Below are positions 1 to 12,479 of a stretch of 45,573 nt of DNA, piece after piece. A model generated the notes under the pieces. It was not told where the DNA came from. It was given only the letters and a program-made list of their open reading frames with translations, and searched no databases. The position numbers were made by a program, and so were the translations under genes. Location: positions 1 to 45,573 of the forward strand of contig MU619414.1 in the NCBI GenBank assembly GCA_025201805.1, written 5' to 3'. The first letter of the stretch is position 1; every line of letters starts with the position of its first letter. Origin of the DNA: Parasitella parasitica NRRL 2501 (taxonomy: Eukaryota > Fungi > Mucoromycota).

Positions 1-269
1 TCTGCTTAAATTTGTCATTATTGACAAAACAATCAATACACTGACAAATTCGTCAAAAATGATCAAGATTTATCATTTTTTTTCGCCATGGTGTGAAACG
101 AAAGGTTTGGAGAAGCATTTTGGCGAAATGGTCCAATTAAAGAAACGCATTGATATTTATATCATTTGTTTTAAACTTATTATTATTGCTTAGTTCTGAA
201 GAAGTTTCAAAGTATTACGATTATATAATCAGTTTTCTTGATTTAACTGATTCAGAGCAAGCCGTGAAA

Positions 270-1403
270 ATGCAAATGTTCAAAGATTATGCTGTGAGTT
301 GAATTTTTGGAAGTCCTGAATGACTTCGTGACATGTATCTTAGAAAATAACGCAAAATTCAAACAAAAGAGCAATGATCCGCCCCTCAAGTTCTGCAAAA
401 ATTACGTCGAATGAAATTTCCACTACGATTGTAAGTAGTTTTAGCAAATTAATCTTTTTATTGCACATATCTAATGTTATACCAAGAATATCAACAGGAA
501 TATTACTCAAGAATTGGATAATTTGATGTCATCTTCAGTAAAAAATCAATTCACTAGGTGGTAAGGTCTTGCACTTTTCAATATAATTTAGACTTCTATC
601 TCAGAATCTCTATTCATAACTAGGTTAAAAGAAGGAGTTCTTGTCTGTCAAGAGGAAATGTTTGTGTTGTCGAATCGTTTCGTCAAATTGAAGACTATAC
701 TTTCTCAAAGCATTTTCCAGCCATTTGAACGAAATAAATCAGTTCAGAAATATTCAAGAGGTAATTTCAACCAGTCGTGTTAATGCAGCATTTACTAATG
801 ATAGCTTCTTCTAGGGTACAACTAATTTTGATGGCATTGGCAACAGATTATTATTAGTAGAAAAGTTTATAACGCTGATGTAAGTAAAAGATTATCACCC
901 TTGATGCCATTATTGTAAATACTGAGTAAACAATTCAGGAACGAAGAGTTTCCCCTGAATGTTCGAATCAAATCAATGAAAGAAGATCAGTTGATGGACA
1001 AAATCAGGCCTATTTTTGAACTCTTTTTTCTATATGATTTGAATTCTACTTTTACTGTTGAGGGGTAAGCAAGTAGCTATCATAATAGTTTGTCTATTAT
1101 TTAACATGAAGAAGCAATACATTCCGTATAGAAAGAAAAGATCAAAGCATAAACCGTCAATAAAAGGTGGATGCTGGCTTGCGATTAATGAGTAATGATA
1201 GGCCCTTTCTATACGTAGAATGCAAAAAACATAGTTCGAAAAGCCAAAAGCTTATAACTGATGATCTTGCAAAACTGATCAACTCATTGCATGTATCATA
1301 CAAACAGTACTTGCATCTTCTGATTGGCATCCTTGTTGATGACGACTTTATCCTCATTTATTTAGCGCAGCCATTAGAATCATGTCTCTGTGTTCCAGAA
1401 TAA
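270..1403 (+). pseudogene. Decayed multi-exon gene with a C-terminal PD-(D/E)XK nuclease-like motif (Crinkler/REase-like repeat family)
   Basis: Several short GT..AG introns between ~295 and 1120. The last exon reads KVDAGLRLMSNDRPFLYVECKK...DDLAKLINSL, a D...ExK-plus-helix pattern. Boundaries are approximate. Confidence 0.4.
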
Positions 1404-2015
1404 TTGCTCGCTACTGATGTATATTTCAGATATTTCAATAAAATAAAAAGAGACTTGTAATAATTCACAGCTTTCAACTGTATCCGAACAATAAAAGAAG
1501 TATATTATCGTTTATTATGATATAAATACAGGGTATTTATATCTTCAATTATTTACTACAACTGAGATGGTAGCTGTAATAACCAATAGATTAATCTGAT
1601 AGTATGTTGTCACTGTTGATGAACGAATAGAAAATACACCGCCGTGTTAGCATTGTCAATTGGTTTGATATGTTTCATTGTTGAGATTGATCCAAGATGC
1701 AGTAAATTTGAAAGATTTACGAAATAAAATAAAATAAAAAAATAAAAGCGATATGAAATTACAATTATAATCAAGTTTGGGGTTCTTTATTATAAAAGTA
1801 TACTGAGGTTTTATCTAGAGAAAAACATCTTAGTATTTATAGGATTTGAATTGTTGTATATCAGTTCTCATGAATGAAGCATTGATCCTAGAGTCAATGC
1901 GTTAATTTGTTGTTGTTTAATTTTAGGTTTTAAGGAGAAGCAAATGATGCCCTGAATGCTTTCACCATTGATGGAGATTTGCGTAACATTGGTTGGCCGT
2001 GTTAGGATGGCTATC

Positions 2016-2515
2016 NNNNNNNNNNNNNNNNNNNNNNNNNNNNNNNNNNNNNNNNNNNNNNNNNNNNNNNNNNNNNNNNNNNNNNNNNNNNNNNNNNNNN
2101 NNNNNNNNNNNNNNNNNNNNNNNNNNNNNNNNNNNNNNNNNNNNNNNNNNNNNNNNNNNNNNNNNNNNNNNNNNNNNNNNNNNNNNNNNNNNNNNNNNNN
2201 NNNNNNNNNNNNNNNNNNNNNNNNNNNNNNNNNNNNNNNNNNNNNNNNNNNNNNNNNNNNNNNNNNNNNNNNNNNNNNNNNNNNNNNNNNNNNNNNNNNN
2301 NNNNNNNNNNNNNNNNNNNNNNNNNNNNNNNNNNNNNNNNNNNNNNNNNNNNNNNNNNNNNNNNNNNNNNNNNNNNNNNNNNNNNNNNNNNNNNNNNNNN
2401 NNNNNNNNNNNNNNNNNNNNNNNNNNNNNNNNNNNNNNNNNNNNNNNNNNNNNNNNNNNNNNNNNNNNNNNNNNNNNNNNNNNNNNNNNNNNNNNNNNNN
2501 NNNNNNNNNNNNNNN
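2016..2515. other. Assembly gap (500 N)
   Basis: Run of N; ORFs called across it are artefacts. Confidence 1.
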
Positions 2516-2793
2516 ACTATGCGTGACATTTGAGTCTTATTTTTTTTAGTTACTTGCTTTTAGTTATACCATTCCATTGCACAAGAATATGAGCTGATGT
2601 AACATATCAAATAGTTTGTTCGCACCTTGACATTTGAGCAAGTCCGCATACGTTGTTGATGTCATGGCAGCCGAGACATTGCGATATCCAGTGACTGTTG
2701 AGATATTATACTGATTCGTATCTGATACAATCATATAATATATTTGCAGTAAATCAGCAAGCGTAGTTATTGTAGGAATTGATATAGTGCAGA

Positions 2794-3521
2794 TGTAGCA
2801 GTGCGTATACATCAGCTGCTATCTTCAATTAGCAAGAGACGACTTTAGCAGACTCCCACAATTGTATGATGCTGGTGGAGCATCTAATAGAGTCAAAAAG
2901 CTCTTCTACAGTGACTTAAAAGATACGTAAAATAATGGTATAGCCTCCTTGCTCATGGAAAAATAAAAATTTGATTGATCATATACAATATAGATTCACA
3001 GTAGTAGTATAGTTTATTCTAGAGTGGCATAATCTAACAACGTCTAGTAAGTTACCCTAGTCTAAATTTTCGTACTGATCTGTGCAAGTAGCTGTAGTGT
3101 ACATTTTTGGTTACACATCTTTATATAGTAATAGATCGATCTTGCTGTAGGTTGCATATGTTTTGCATATGTCAACGTGGATTATAGAATAAGCTACGAG
3201 TTGTAATTGGATCTCTTGCAAGGTTTCAGGCTTATTCAAAGAATACATCTAGATCAGATCGCGGGATGTCGGGAAGACATCCTACCCAATCTTCTCTTTA
3301 ATGTAAAGTAGAAAGATAATAGGTCTGTCCTGGAAATGCTGTGATTTAATAAGGTTTGACACTTCTTGTCAAACATCAGATGTTATGTGGATAAACATTG
3401 ATTAGGATATACTTTAGTATAAATAGAGATCATATCTTATGTCAATAAAAGTCTTCAGTTTTGTATCTGGTTTTATTCAGAAAAGTCTTTATTACTTTAT
3501 ACAAATCATATTTACATAACA
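2794..3521 (+). mobile_element. Possible solo LTR remnant
   Basis: Non-coding. TATAAATAG at ~3418, AATAAA at ~3445, and the tract ends ...ACATAACA at 3521. The left boundary is uncertain and no target-site duplication was found. Confidence 0.3.
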
Positions 3522-4306
3522 TTACGCTGCGCCCTTTGACACTGGCACAACACTCAATATTCAAGTAAAGTGGGAAGATTATGATTTTTTTCTGGTTGTG
3601 TTTATTATGTTTTTTATCAAAAAAAAAAAAAGTGCTGAAAAATTATAAATCGAGCGATTAATTTGGCTAAGTCAACCCCAAAATCTTAAAAACAAAAAAA
3701 CAGGGTTTCCCCCTGTTTTGATGTTAGGCGGAACTTGAAATTTGACCAAAAATAGAAATTGGTAGAATTTCAATGAATACCCCCCCTCAATAGCCGAAAA
3801 ATGCCTTACCACACTTCACAGCTTCGGATAAAATGGCCCATCTCAAAAACTGCTAGGGTAAGCACAGTCGATGAGTAGAAACAGCCTACATGCTCCTGTA
3901 TGACCCGGATAAAAAGCTTATGTCAAGTTTCAATGATAGGCTATCCACTTGACATCAAGAGAGAACTAAAACTACAAATGTAAACTTTTCAATTAGTAAG
4001 AAAACTCTCACTAAATCATAATAAATGATAATACCTGAATGAACTATTGCACTAGAAACACGCCATCCTGTATATTGTTTTCTTGTAATAGGTACTATAA
4101 AAAATGTGCGTGAGAGTGTTAGTTATGGTCTTTTAGAAAACGTATGTATTATTCACTGTTTTTAAGGATAAAAATCGACTTTACCCAGAATCAAAGCGGT
4201 ACAAAGTATAGTACGAGCAATAATGAACACAAATTGCACGCGTTTGGATTGTAGATGATTAAGCATAAGAGTATATAATAGTAACATAATAACGAAATAG
4301 AAGTAG

Positions 4307-4316
4307 NNNNNNNNNN
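4307..4316. other. Assembly gap (10 N)
   Basis: Run of N. Confidence 1.
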
Positions 4317-5220
4317 CGTAGCCAATTTTTTAATACGCCAGTGACCGTATTTTTGCGTAAGCAGTAAATGAATGCAATATAATAAACAATATTAAGTGAG
4401 AAAACTAAGTTAAAAACTATAATCTGGTGAACCAAAGCTAAATGACAAGATAGACTTGATGTTGTGGAATATGATACTTTTTATGTTTAAAAAATTGGTT
4501 GCTTGGATGAAAAGTTATTTCAATTTAAAATCTTGACGAAAAGAGGAAAAAATGAAAAACACAGCTATTTCAAGTCTCATAGTTCTTCTCCAGACTTCTA
4601 ATTATGACTGCCAAGTTTGAATGCATTGTAGCATTCGAATGGTGTATTGTAATTGACATGTGGGTTGTTTCTCTTGTCTCTGCGCTGCTCAATACAAGAA
4701 ACCAAAATTGAGAAATCTGCGACATACAGCAGTATCATTTTAAAAATATTACGGCTATAAGGTATTTTTGTGTTTTTTATTGGTATTGTATTCAAATATG
4801 ATACAGATTATGATCTATCTTGCAGTACTGATTTCTCAAAAGAGAAATAATTCCATGCTGATTTATCCCGGTTAAGTTACCAGCTGTACCTCAAGGGCCT
4901 TTGATTGAGCACGCAGCTGAATTTAAAAAAGCAAACGCGTTTTTCTGTTCTGAATGATTCAGTTCGCCAAAAAAACCCATTTCGAAACAATTCAATTGCA
5001 TATTTGATGCCAAATTCAACACTGTTTAGGATACAGATCAAATCTTAGCGGTAATGTTTTATACTCTGTAAAATACATCATAAAGCGAGCATGAGTAGAA
5101 ATGCGTAGTAGAATGGAATGATTTTATTCAGACATGGCAAAGAGACATAAGTGGTGCCATTGAATGGCGGATCTTTATCCCTGTCGGTTTTCGCCTATTA
5201 ATTGAAGGTTGAATCTTATC

Positions 5221-5640
5221 TCAATTCCAATATTGACACTGACATTCAAATGGAACTGTATAAAGACTTTTAGAAACCAAGACCAGAGCAATCCTGGCTT
5301 CCTTTTCAATCGTGAATAAAGACCCTACGTTCTGCGTGATATAATCGCTTGTAGTCTCTTTATTTAATTGTCTTTGGAAATAATCGTTATTTATATAACT
5401 CTCAATCCCAGTACAAAGTGGCAATATCCTATGACATTTGGTTCCTGAGATCGGTGTTAAATCCTGACGAATTTTCTTCCATCAAAGCTAAACTGGGAAC
5501 AACATTCTATCCTTTGTACGTATCTATGCTCTTGTCTTACGGGTAACTCGGGAACTCTTATCCACCAAGCTCATAGGGATTGGTTCAAGGTGTACCCAAT
5601 TATCCCTCATCCTAGATCATGGTCCTATTGCTGCGGCACT
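5221..5640 (-). pseudogene. Possible LINE apurinic-endonuclease fragment
   Basis: YFQRQLNKETTSDYI resembles the TF.R....TTIDYI motif of non-LTR retrotransposon endonucleases; heavily decayed. Confidence 0.25.
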
Positions 5641-6440
5641 GTCAAATAACTTTAGATATACCTTCAAAACATACACTAGTTTAAGTCTTCATTCAATCTT
5701 GGAATAGCAAAATAAATATATTCAGTTCTAATTGTATTTTCTGTCTATATTTTGTTATTCTGAACAAACACAAATTCTCCGATCATAATACAACACATTC
5801 ATACAAGATTTGGTGCTCTATCTAACTGTGCAAAGATCAAAGTGAATTGTATTGAAAAATTAATGGATTAAACAGAAAAATCGAAACTTTGTTTTTTAGG
5901 CCAGAATGTCCGATTTCTCACACTTTATTTATTGTAGGAACAAAAATTGTGGATGACATACTTCTAAGTCTAATAATGTAGGTAATGTGCAGTATGCTCT
6001 AGGTTTTTTTTACTAGTGTCTTTTTACACACTTTATTAACCGAATATTTGTTCAGTTCATTAATAAATCGAGTGGAGCAAAAACAACAAAATATGTCTGT
6101 AATCATCACAAAAACACTTTTTTTTTTTTTTTTTTTACTACATACCAAACGCTTTCTTCTATTGATAGATCGAGTTGTTCGTGATCCTGAGTTTGAAAAA
6201 GCTAGCGTTGTGATAATATATATGATCTTTTTTAAGAGAACATCTTTTCCCGTATAATTTGGATTGTGTTCTCTTTAAATACGGAAAATCATCTTCGTTT
6301 TCCCCATATACAGTAAAGCGCAGAGCGAAATGTTGTGTAAATGTGTTATTTTAACGTGATAAAAACTTTCCGAATAATATCTCTATTTACTGTATACCAA
6401 AGCCTAATCTTGCTTAACCATTACCCGTATAGCTTGCTAT

Positions 6441-6773
6441 AAAATATATTTGCAAAATCTTGTTTTGGCAGTATCTCGACAACTAAGATAGATATTGTTG
6501 GCATTCAGAGAGCGTGGTGACGTACAGTTATTGTACTAGTACTTGGATGCATACTTGCCTTGGACCCCAAAATCGTACCTAAAAATGACCCTAAAGATTG
6601 CCCCAAAGTTGAAAATTGAAAATCGAATATGAGGTTTGGGGTCCAAACATAACAAAATCTGAAAAATGGCCATACGTACATAAAACTCGGACATGTTGTA
6701 GAATGCTGCAAAAAAAGAAGATTTTGGCTGAAGTTTGTGTCTCTATCACTTAATAATTTGCAAAGATATCAGA
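6441..6773 (+). repeat. ~330-bp direct repeat, copy 1, with internal 12-bp inverted repeat
   Basis: Aligns by eye with 7921-8248. TTGGACCCCAAA (6560-6571) and TTTGGGGTCCAA (6635-6646) are reverse complements. Confidence 0.9.
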
Positions 6774-7920
6774 AATTGCATTATAGGTGTTAAAGTGGGA
6801 AAAGAGGTTTATTTCAGATTTGGTGGTAATTTCTTCATCAAAAAATGAAGGTATACAGAGATGGTTTTTGAGCTCGTATTATATAGTATCTCAGCTATCG
6901 TATCATACTAAGACATAACCAAGCTACCTAATAGAATCATACTTTGCTTTTGAGTTGAAAATAGTTGGTGCCCTCATTTTACAGCAAAAAGATAGGCAGT
7001 AGATTGAATCTCAGCACTGTGTTTCCATTTGAGTCAAACCAGTTTCGAACTTTTTTTTGCGTAGTTTCTTGCTGGATATCTCAAGAACGTAATAGGTATA
7101 TCGGATATGCATACTAAGTGTTTTATTACAAAGAGTAAATTCCACATCCAGCCATATAAATTACAGCATTACAGAAACATCTTTTCTTATTACCAATTTT
7201 CAAATATTCAAAAAACGCCTTTTTTGATAGTTTTTGAGTAAAATCAAGCATATTTTAAGCATATTCAGCTCTATAAAGTTGACCAAAAACAAACCTCCAT
7301 GTCAATACCTACACATTAATATTTTGTTTACAACTGCGGCTTTATTTTTTCTCCCAAAAATCAAAATCTTGTCTCGACCAAAATGAATTTACGATTTTCC
7401 GGTCCTATGTTTAGAGGGCTAAAATGAAGCCATTCAAAAGGGTAAAAATCGATTCCGTTTTTCGAAATTTTCTCGCTCAGAAATTCATATTTTTTGACAA
7501 AACAAAAACCTTTTGGTAGCTATGTTGTAGATCTATTTTTGTATTGCTATATAATATATCTTTATATACCATTTATTGCTCTGAAAGTTATGAAAATAAA
7601 TTAAGCGTCGGCTAAAAACATATGAGAAAATATTTTTTTCGACCTATTCATTCAAAAGCTAGTACATCTAGTAGAGAATCAAGTCTCAAAAAGATTTTAA
7701 TAATACCTCAAGCCAAAGTGTCTTAGTGGTTTGTTGAGAAACTGGAGAACAAAGTTTAATGTAAAAAGTCAAAATTGGTTCAAGCTTTTCAAATTCGAGC
7801 TTCAATACGACATGTTTATTACCAGTAGCTGTAATAAAACGTGGTTTATTACTTTACTTAGGAATCTGAAGTTGCTTTAGTTGCAAAATATGGTACTTGT
7901 TATAGGAACATGTGCTGCTG

Positions 7921-8248
7921 TAAAATCTGCAAAATCTAGTTTTGGCAATATCTCGACAGCAAAGATAGATATTGAGAATCGGAAGACGTAGTGACTTACA
8001 GTTATCATACCAGTACTTGGGCGTATACTTGCCTTGGACCCCAAATCCGTACCTGAAAATGACCCTGAAGGTTGATCCAAAGTTGAAAACTGGAAATCGA
8101 ATATGAGGTTTGGGGTCCAAACATAACAAAATCTGAAAAATGGTCATACGTGCATAAAACTCGGATATGTTGTAAAATGCTGCGAAAAAAGAAGATTTTG
8201 GCTGAAGGTTGTATCTCTATCGCTTAATAGTTTGTAAAGATGTCAGAG
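7921..8248 (+). repeat. ~330-bp direct repeat, copy 2
   Basis: Same sequence with scattered substitutions; inverted repeat at 8034-8045 and 8109-8120. Confidence 0.9.
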
Positions 8249-8699
8249 ATTATAGATATTATGCTTTTAAGCAGCATGGAAAAAGGTGATGGTCATGATT
8301 AAGTGACACCTATTTTAACCAGACCATAAAGCTACATGGAAATAACATTTGAAGTCATATTTTCAAGCATCTTGGCTATTGATTTGTATTTATACATAAC
8401 CACATTGCTTATGGAGTTTATGTTTTGCTCCTCAATTGAAATAGGTGCTTTACTGCTAAAGGCCCTATATTCACACTGGTAAATTCAAGCTCAGAAATAT
8501 GTTCCCATTGCCATACTTGCGGTAATAATATCTCTAGTAGAAGTTACATGTAAATAATATAACAATGCATATTTTTGTTAAATGTTTTTTATCAGCCTTT
8601 GAATTCTGCATCAAACTCTATATCGGTTTTTAGACTTTAAAACACCTTTTCCTATTACAGATGGTCTTGCTCTTACAATTTTTGATGCTTTTGTTTTGC

Positions 8700-10600
8700 G
8701 GCAAAAAAAGTTATATTCTGAGCCTATACAAACACATGGAGTCGTCGACCAATCAATCCATCGTATCAATATGTTGGTCGTATCCATAGTTTTACTATTT
8801 CTGTGGAATCGACGGCGCAAGATATATATATATATCTTCTTGTTATCGATTTCCGTAATTGTTTGATACGGGCGAAAAGATTGTTCATTTTCTTTTGCGG
8901 AACGCTGATTTTCATCTTCTTGGTGTTGAAGGTGAAACCCAACAAGAAGTCTTGGATATGGCTTGCTGTGAGGTGGTTGCTCTTCTCGAAGTTGATGATG
9001 AGCCCTAATTCTTGCAGGTGGTTCACTACTAGCTCGGCATTCGACAGAAATTCTGCCTTTGTTTTCCCCAAGGTGCAGATGTTGTCGTCTAAATAATTGG
9101 CCATCCTGATAGATACCCTTTTGCCGCAAAGATTCTAAGGCAAAGCGAGTCAATTTGGTAAAATGACAAGAGGGGAGGAACTCATCCCAAACACTAACGA
9201 AGAATAGCGGTATACAATACCTCTGTGTTCGAATGACAAATATTTCCTCGATTGGGAATGGATAGGGACAACTACATAGGCATCTTTGAGGTCGATTTTG
9301 ACTGCAAACTAGTCCTGTTCGATAAGTTGGCGCAAAGCAGCAGGTATGCCTTCTATCTTGAAATGTTGGACCTGGATGTGTTTGTTGATTCGCCGGCAAT
9401 CTAGTATATGGGTCGAATCTTGTTGGTTTCCTGGATCGTGAATAGAGTTGAGAGAAAACGGTCGTCTTGGTCCGGTGCCCGTTCGATTACTCTTGAGACC
9501 AAAAATTTTTTCACCACAGGATCCAGCGCCGGGTTCGGTGATCGGTGCCTCTGTTTCCATGGTACAGAGGAGGATTGGGACTGTATCTGGTATCCTCGGC
9601 TGATAATAGACAAGGGCTATTTGTGTGTTGTGATCTTTTTCTTCCAGTTGTGGAGGAAGTGCTGTAGACGTCCTCCTGGAGGAAACCCATCTGCCGGTAC
9701 AGTGTAATGCATGTCGATCTTTGTTTGTTTTCTATTTTCTGATGTTTTTTTTTTTTTTGCGCTTCTATTACGGTCGACGTCGATAATCTCACTGGTCTGT
9801 GGAGTTTGACGGATGGTGGGATATTGTTGTAGTTGGTGGGGTGGTTTTCCTCGACCCCTGCCCTTGCCAAAAAAATTACTTCGTCCTCCTCGTGAGAATC
9901 CTCCTCGATGGCTACTACGGTGGTTTCCTCGAGATTTGAAGCCGCCGTATGACCTTGAGGTGGCCTGTTTGAGGATCGTTTCTTCATAGCGGCCTTGGTA
10001 AATCTTCTCGACAACCTCGGTAGAAAAGGCCAAGTCCCTGTCTTCCTGTTTGTTGTCGCGGAGGTACTGCATGTTTTCTGGTAGCTTGATTGTCCTTGTG
10101 GCCAAATCTTTGGCATCTTGGTCCAACTCTTTACCAGTGGCGAACGAATAGACTGCCAAACGCTAGATTTTCTGCAAGATGATATCCATTTCATTCTTTC
10201 CACCTCCCTGTTCAATGATGTGTTGGAAGTCTGCAAAGATTTCAGCGCAGGCTCTTCCTGTCGTACGCAAACGATCGGCTCCCTTTTAGAAGGCATTGAT
10301 GGTCTGGGTGGCATCCAGCCTCTGCTTCTTGAGCTCGGATAAGAAGATACGATTAATGGCTCCCGATCTTGTCCATTTGCCTCCCTCATACTTGAGGAGG
10401 GTGTCTTTGCGGAATTGTTTGAGCTTGCGCCTAAGCTCAGAAGAGGTAGACTCTTCCAATTCTGTGATGATTTGTGTAGGTAAGTCAAAGAGCTGTGACC
10501 TGTCAAATGCTTCTTCTTCATTGTGATCTCCTTAATTTTTGAATTTTTTCGTCGGTGAGTCCATTGATACTTGACATAGTATTTCCACACCACGGTGCGC
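8700..10600 (-). mobile_element. DIRS-type retrotransposon, frameshifted and 3'-truncated (gag plus reverse transcriptase)
   Basis: A gag-like ORF with an RGG-rich tail overlaps the RT start PPGGRLQHFLHNWKK..IISRGYQI. RT motifs FLSTLFTIQE, ILDCRRINKHIQVQHFKIEG, KIDLKDAY, YLDD and LGLIINFEKS lie in shifting frames. No RNase H or tyrosine recombinase was seen. Confidence 0.85.
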
Positions 10601-10689
10601 GGTTTTGAAAGGTATGAAAGGAACAGGATAAAAGTTTATTACATATTTATATTGAAAATAATTAAAGCGTGGCTTGAGAGCCTATAACC

Positions 10690-10990
10690 ACATCCAATGT
10701 CGGATGGAGGCAACCTCAATTGTGTTAGAAGGAACGACACACAATCAATGCTATTGTCCGCAATGACGGTAAAAAATTGAATTTTATTCGTGTTACTTAC
10801 CGGTGGAAGCATACCGAACACAACCCCACCACATTTGAAGAAGTCATCAATGAACATTCTCAAATGTATGTCATCTAATTTATTAAGGAGCAAGTCAAAA
10901 ATAACATAATTTGGTATAATATAAAAGCAATATTGAGGCTCGACAGATCCGCCTTAAAATTTGCTCGATGTGATGGAGTACAATTATCTA
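10690..10990 (+). mobile_element. MULE transposase N-terminal fragment (WRKY/GCM1-like)
   Basis: The + frame reads IRVTYRWKHTEHNP, then IWYNIKAILRLD, resembling N-termini of fungal Mutator-like transposases. Confidence 0.45.
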
Positions 10991-11223
10991 GTAGTATGAG
11001 TAGAATGATGTACTATGTCAATGGACGGTTGGTGTATCTAATTGTTGACATTGCTAGCAGGGTTATTACTTACTATATAATATATGAAGATATTATTGGA
11101 CAAGAAGTAATTGACAGCAATGCGATGATGTTTATATGAACTATAAACTTATATGTGATGTGTCAATGTCCCAACCGGAAGTCAAACTCAAGTAAACTCA
11201 ATCCTGAACACAATTCAGGAACA

Positions 11224-11328
11224 NNNNNNNNNNNNNNNNNNNNNNNNNNNNNNNNNNNNNNNNNNNNNNNNNNNNNNNNNNNNNNNNNNNNNNNNNNNNN
11301 NNNNNNNNNNNNNNNNNNNNNNNNNNNN
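11224..11328. other. Assembly gap (105 N)
   Basis: Run of N. Confidence 1.
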
Positions 11329-12422
11329 TATAAACCATCATTTTTTCCATGTAATAAACGAGATCTTTACCTGATTAATTCACAACCGTTTTATTTGAAT
11401 AATTTCTCATTCTGATAAATCAATATGTAAACAACGATCGGTAGTGACAGATCAGGTTTGCAGTGATAAGGATGATTTATAGATAATAGATTTGCTAGTA
11501 TATGAGAAATGTTTATGGTAATAAACTATAGTAGCTATTACAGATATTTTCACTAGCGTTCAAATATCTGGTAAAAGTTGAACCTTGTGAAATACATTCA
11601 CTATGATGATCTGCATTCCACTTCTAGATTCATCCAGTTACCTTAAATTGATATAAACTACATATGCGCACAAATAATAAGATGTGCAATACAGATTTAT
11701 ACTATATAAGATATAAGCTAGAGACGGCACCATTAGGATGGATGACGCTATAGACTGAGATACTTACATCTCGACACGAGCCTTAGATATTTACTAGATT
11801 TAGTATATGCTACGAGCTTATGCTATATAAGATCTATGCTTCAGATGTGTATTCCCAGTTTCTAGATACGCACTACAAGACATATACTTATATTCATGAT
11901 AGTAGCTACAGATACATCATGTACTACAGACTTGTACAATATGTGCAATGCTATAGATATGCTTATGACATGCTATAGACATGCTACATATACTGATATA
12001 TGCTAAGATGAATACCAAGTGATATACACTCAACATGTACTATTAATATAGACTGGATAAGACTATACAAGGAATGATATACGCTTATGGATCGATATTA
12101 ATAATCTTCGCATAGAAGATTGATCAGGGTACTACCTCGGGTAAAGTCTATCTCCTCACTCAAATAGATTTAAGTTATCTTGAGTCTGCTGATATGTAGG
12201 TCAGCACAAAGTTAAGACGCTAGTTACGCAGTATTGTCGTACATGTTAAATTGCGAGAATAGAACATTTATCCACAGTTTAAATATATAAAGGTTCATCT
12301 ACCTGGCCAGTAGATGAACGGGAGCTTTATACACCTGTCGATTTGATAATAACACCTATACCTTTATCAAGTTGACTTTATTGTTTTTTTATTATAATTT
12401 TTTTCCGTGAATCCATATAACA
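11329..12422 (+). mobile_element. Possible LTR remnant
   Basis: Degenerate CTA(C/T)AGA(T/C)A-type short repeats, a TATATAAAAG box at ~12284, a perfect hairpin at 12293-12319, and an end in ...TAACA. Confidence 0.4.
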
Positions 12423-12479
12423 ATTTATACTGATTCCACAAACCTATTTATAACAATTGGATGTTTCATGTAAAATGAG

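Noticed and set aside
1956-2549. ORFs spanning N runs (also 11155-11415)
   Set aside because: Artefacts of assembly gaps.
3695-3775. Small hairpins (AAAACAGGG...CCCTGTTTT) as a Helitron end or terminator
   Set aside because: No CTRR terminus at the expected distance and no supporting ORF.
9511-10593. 360-aa ORF in the DIRS region
   Set aside because: Alternative frame overlapping the gag-like frame, which is itself interrupted by stops.
11640-12100. Short recurring motifs that might suggest a CRISPR-like array
   Set aside because: No constant repeat length or unique spacers; degenerate low-complexity repeat.
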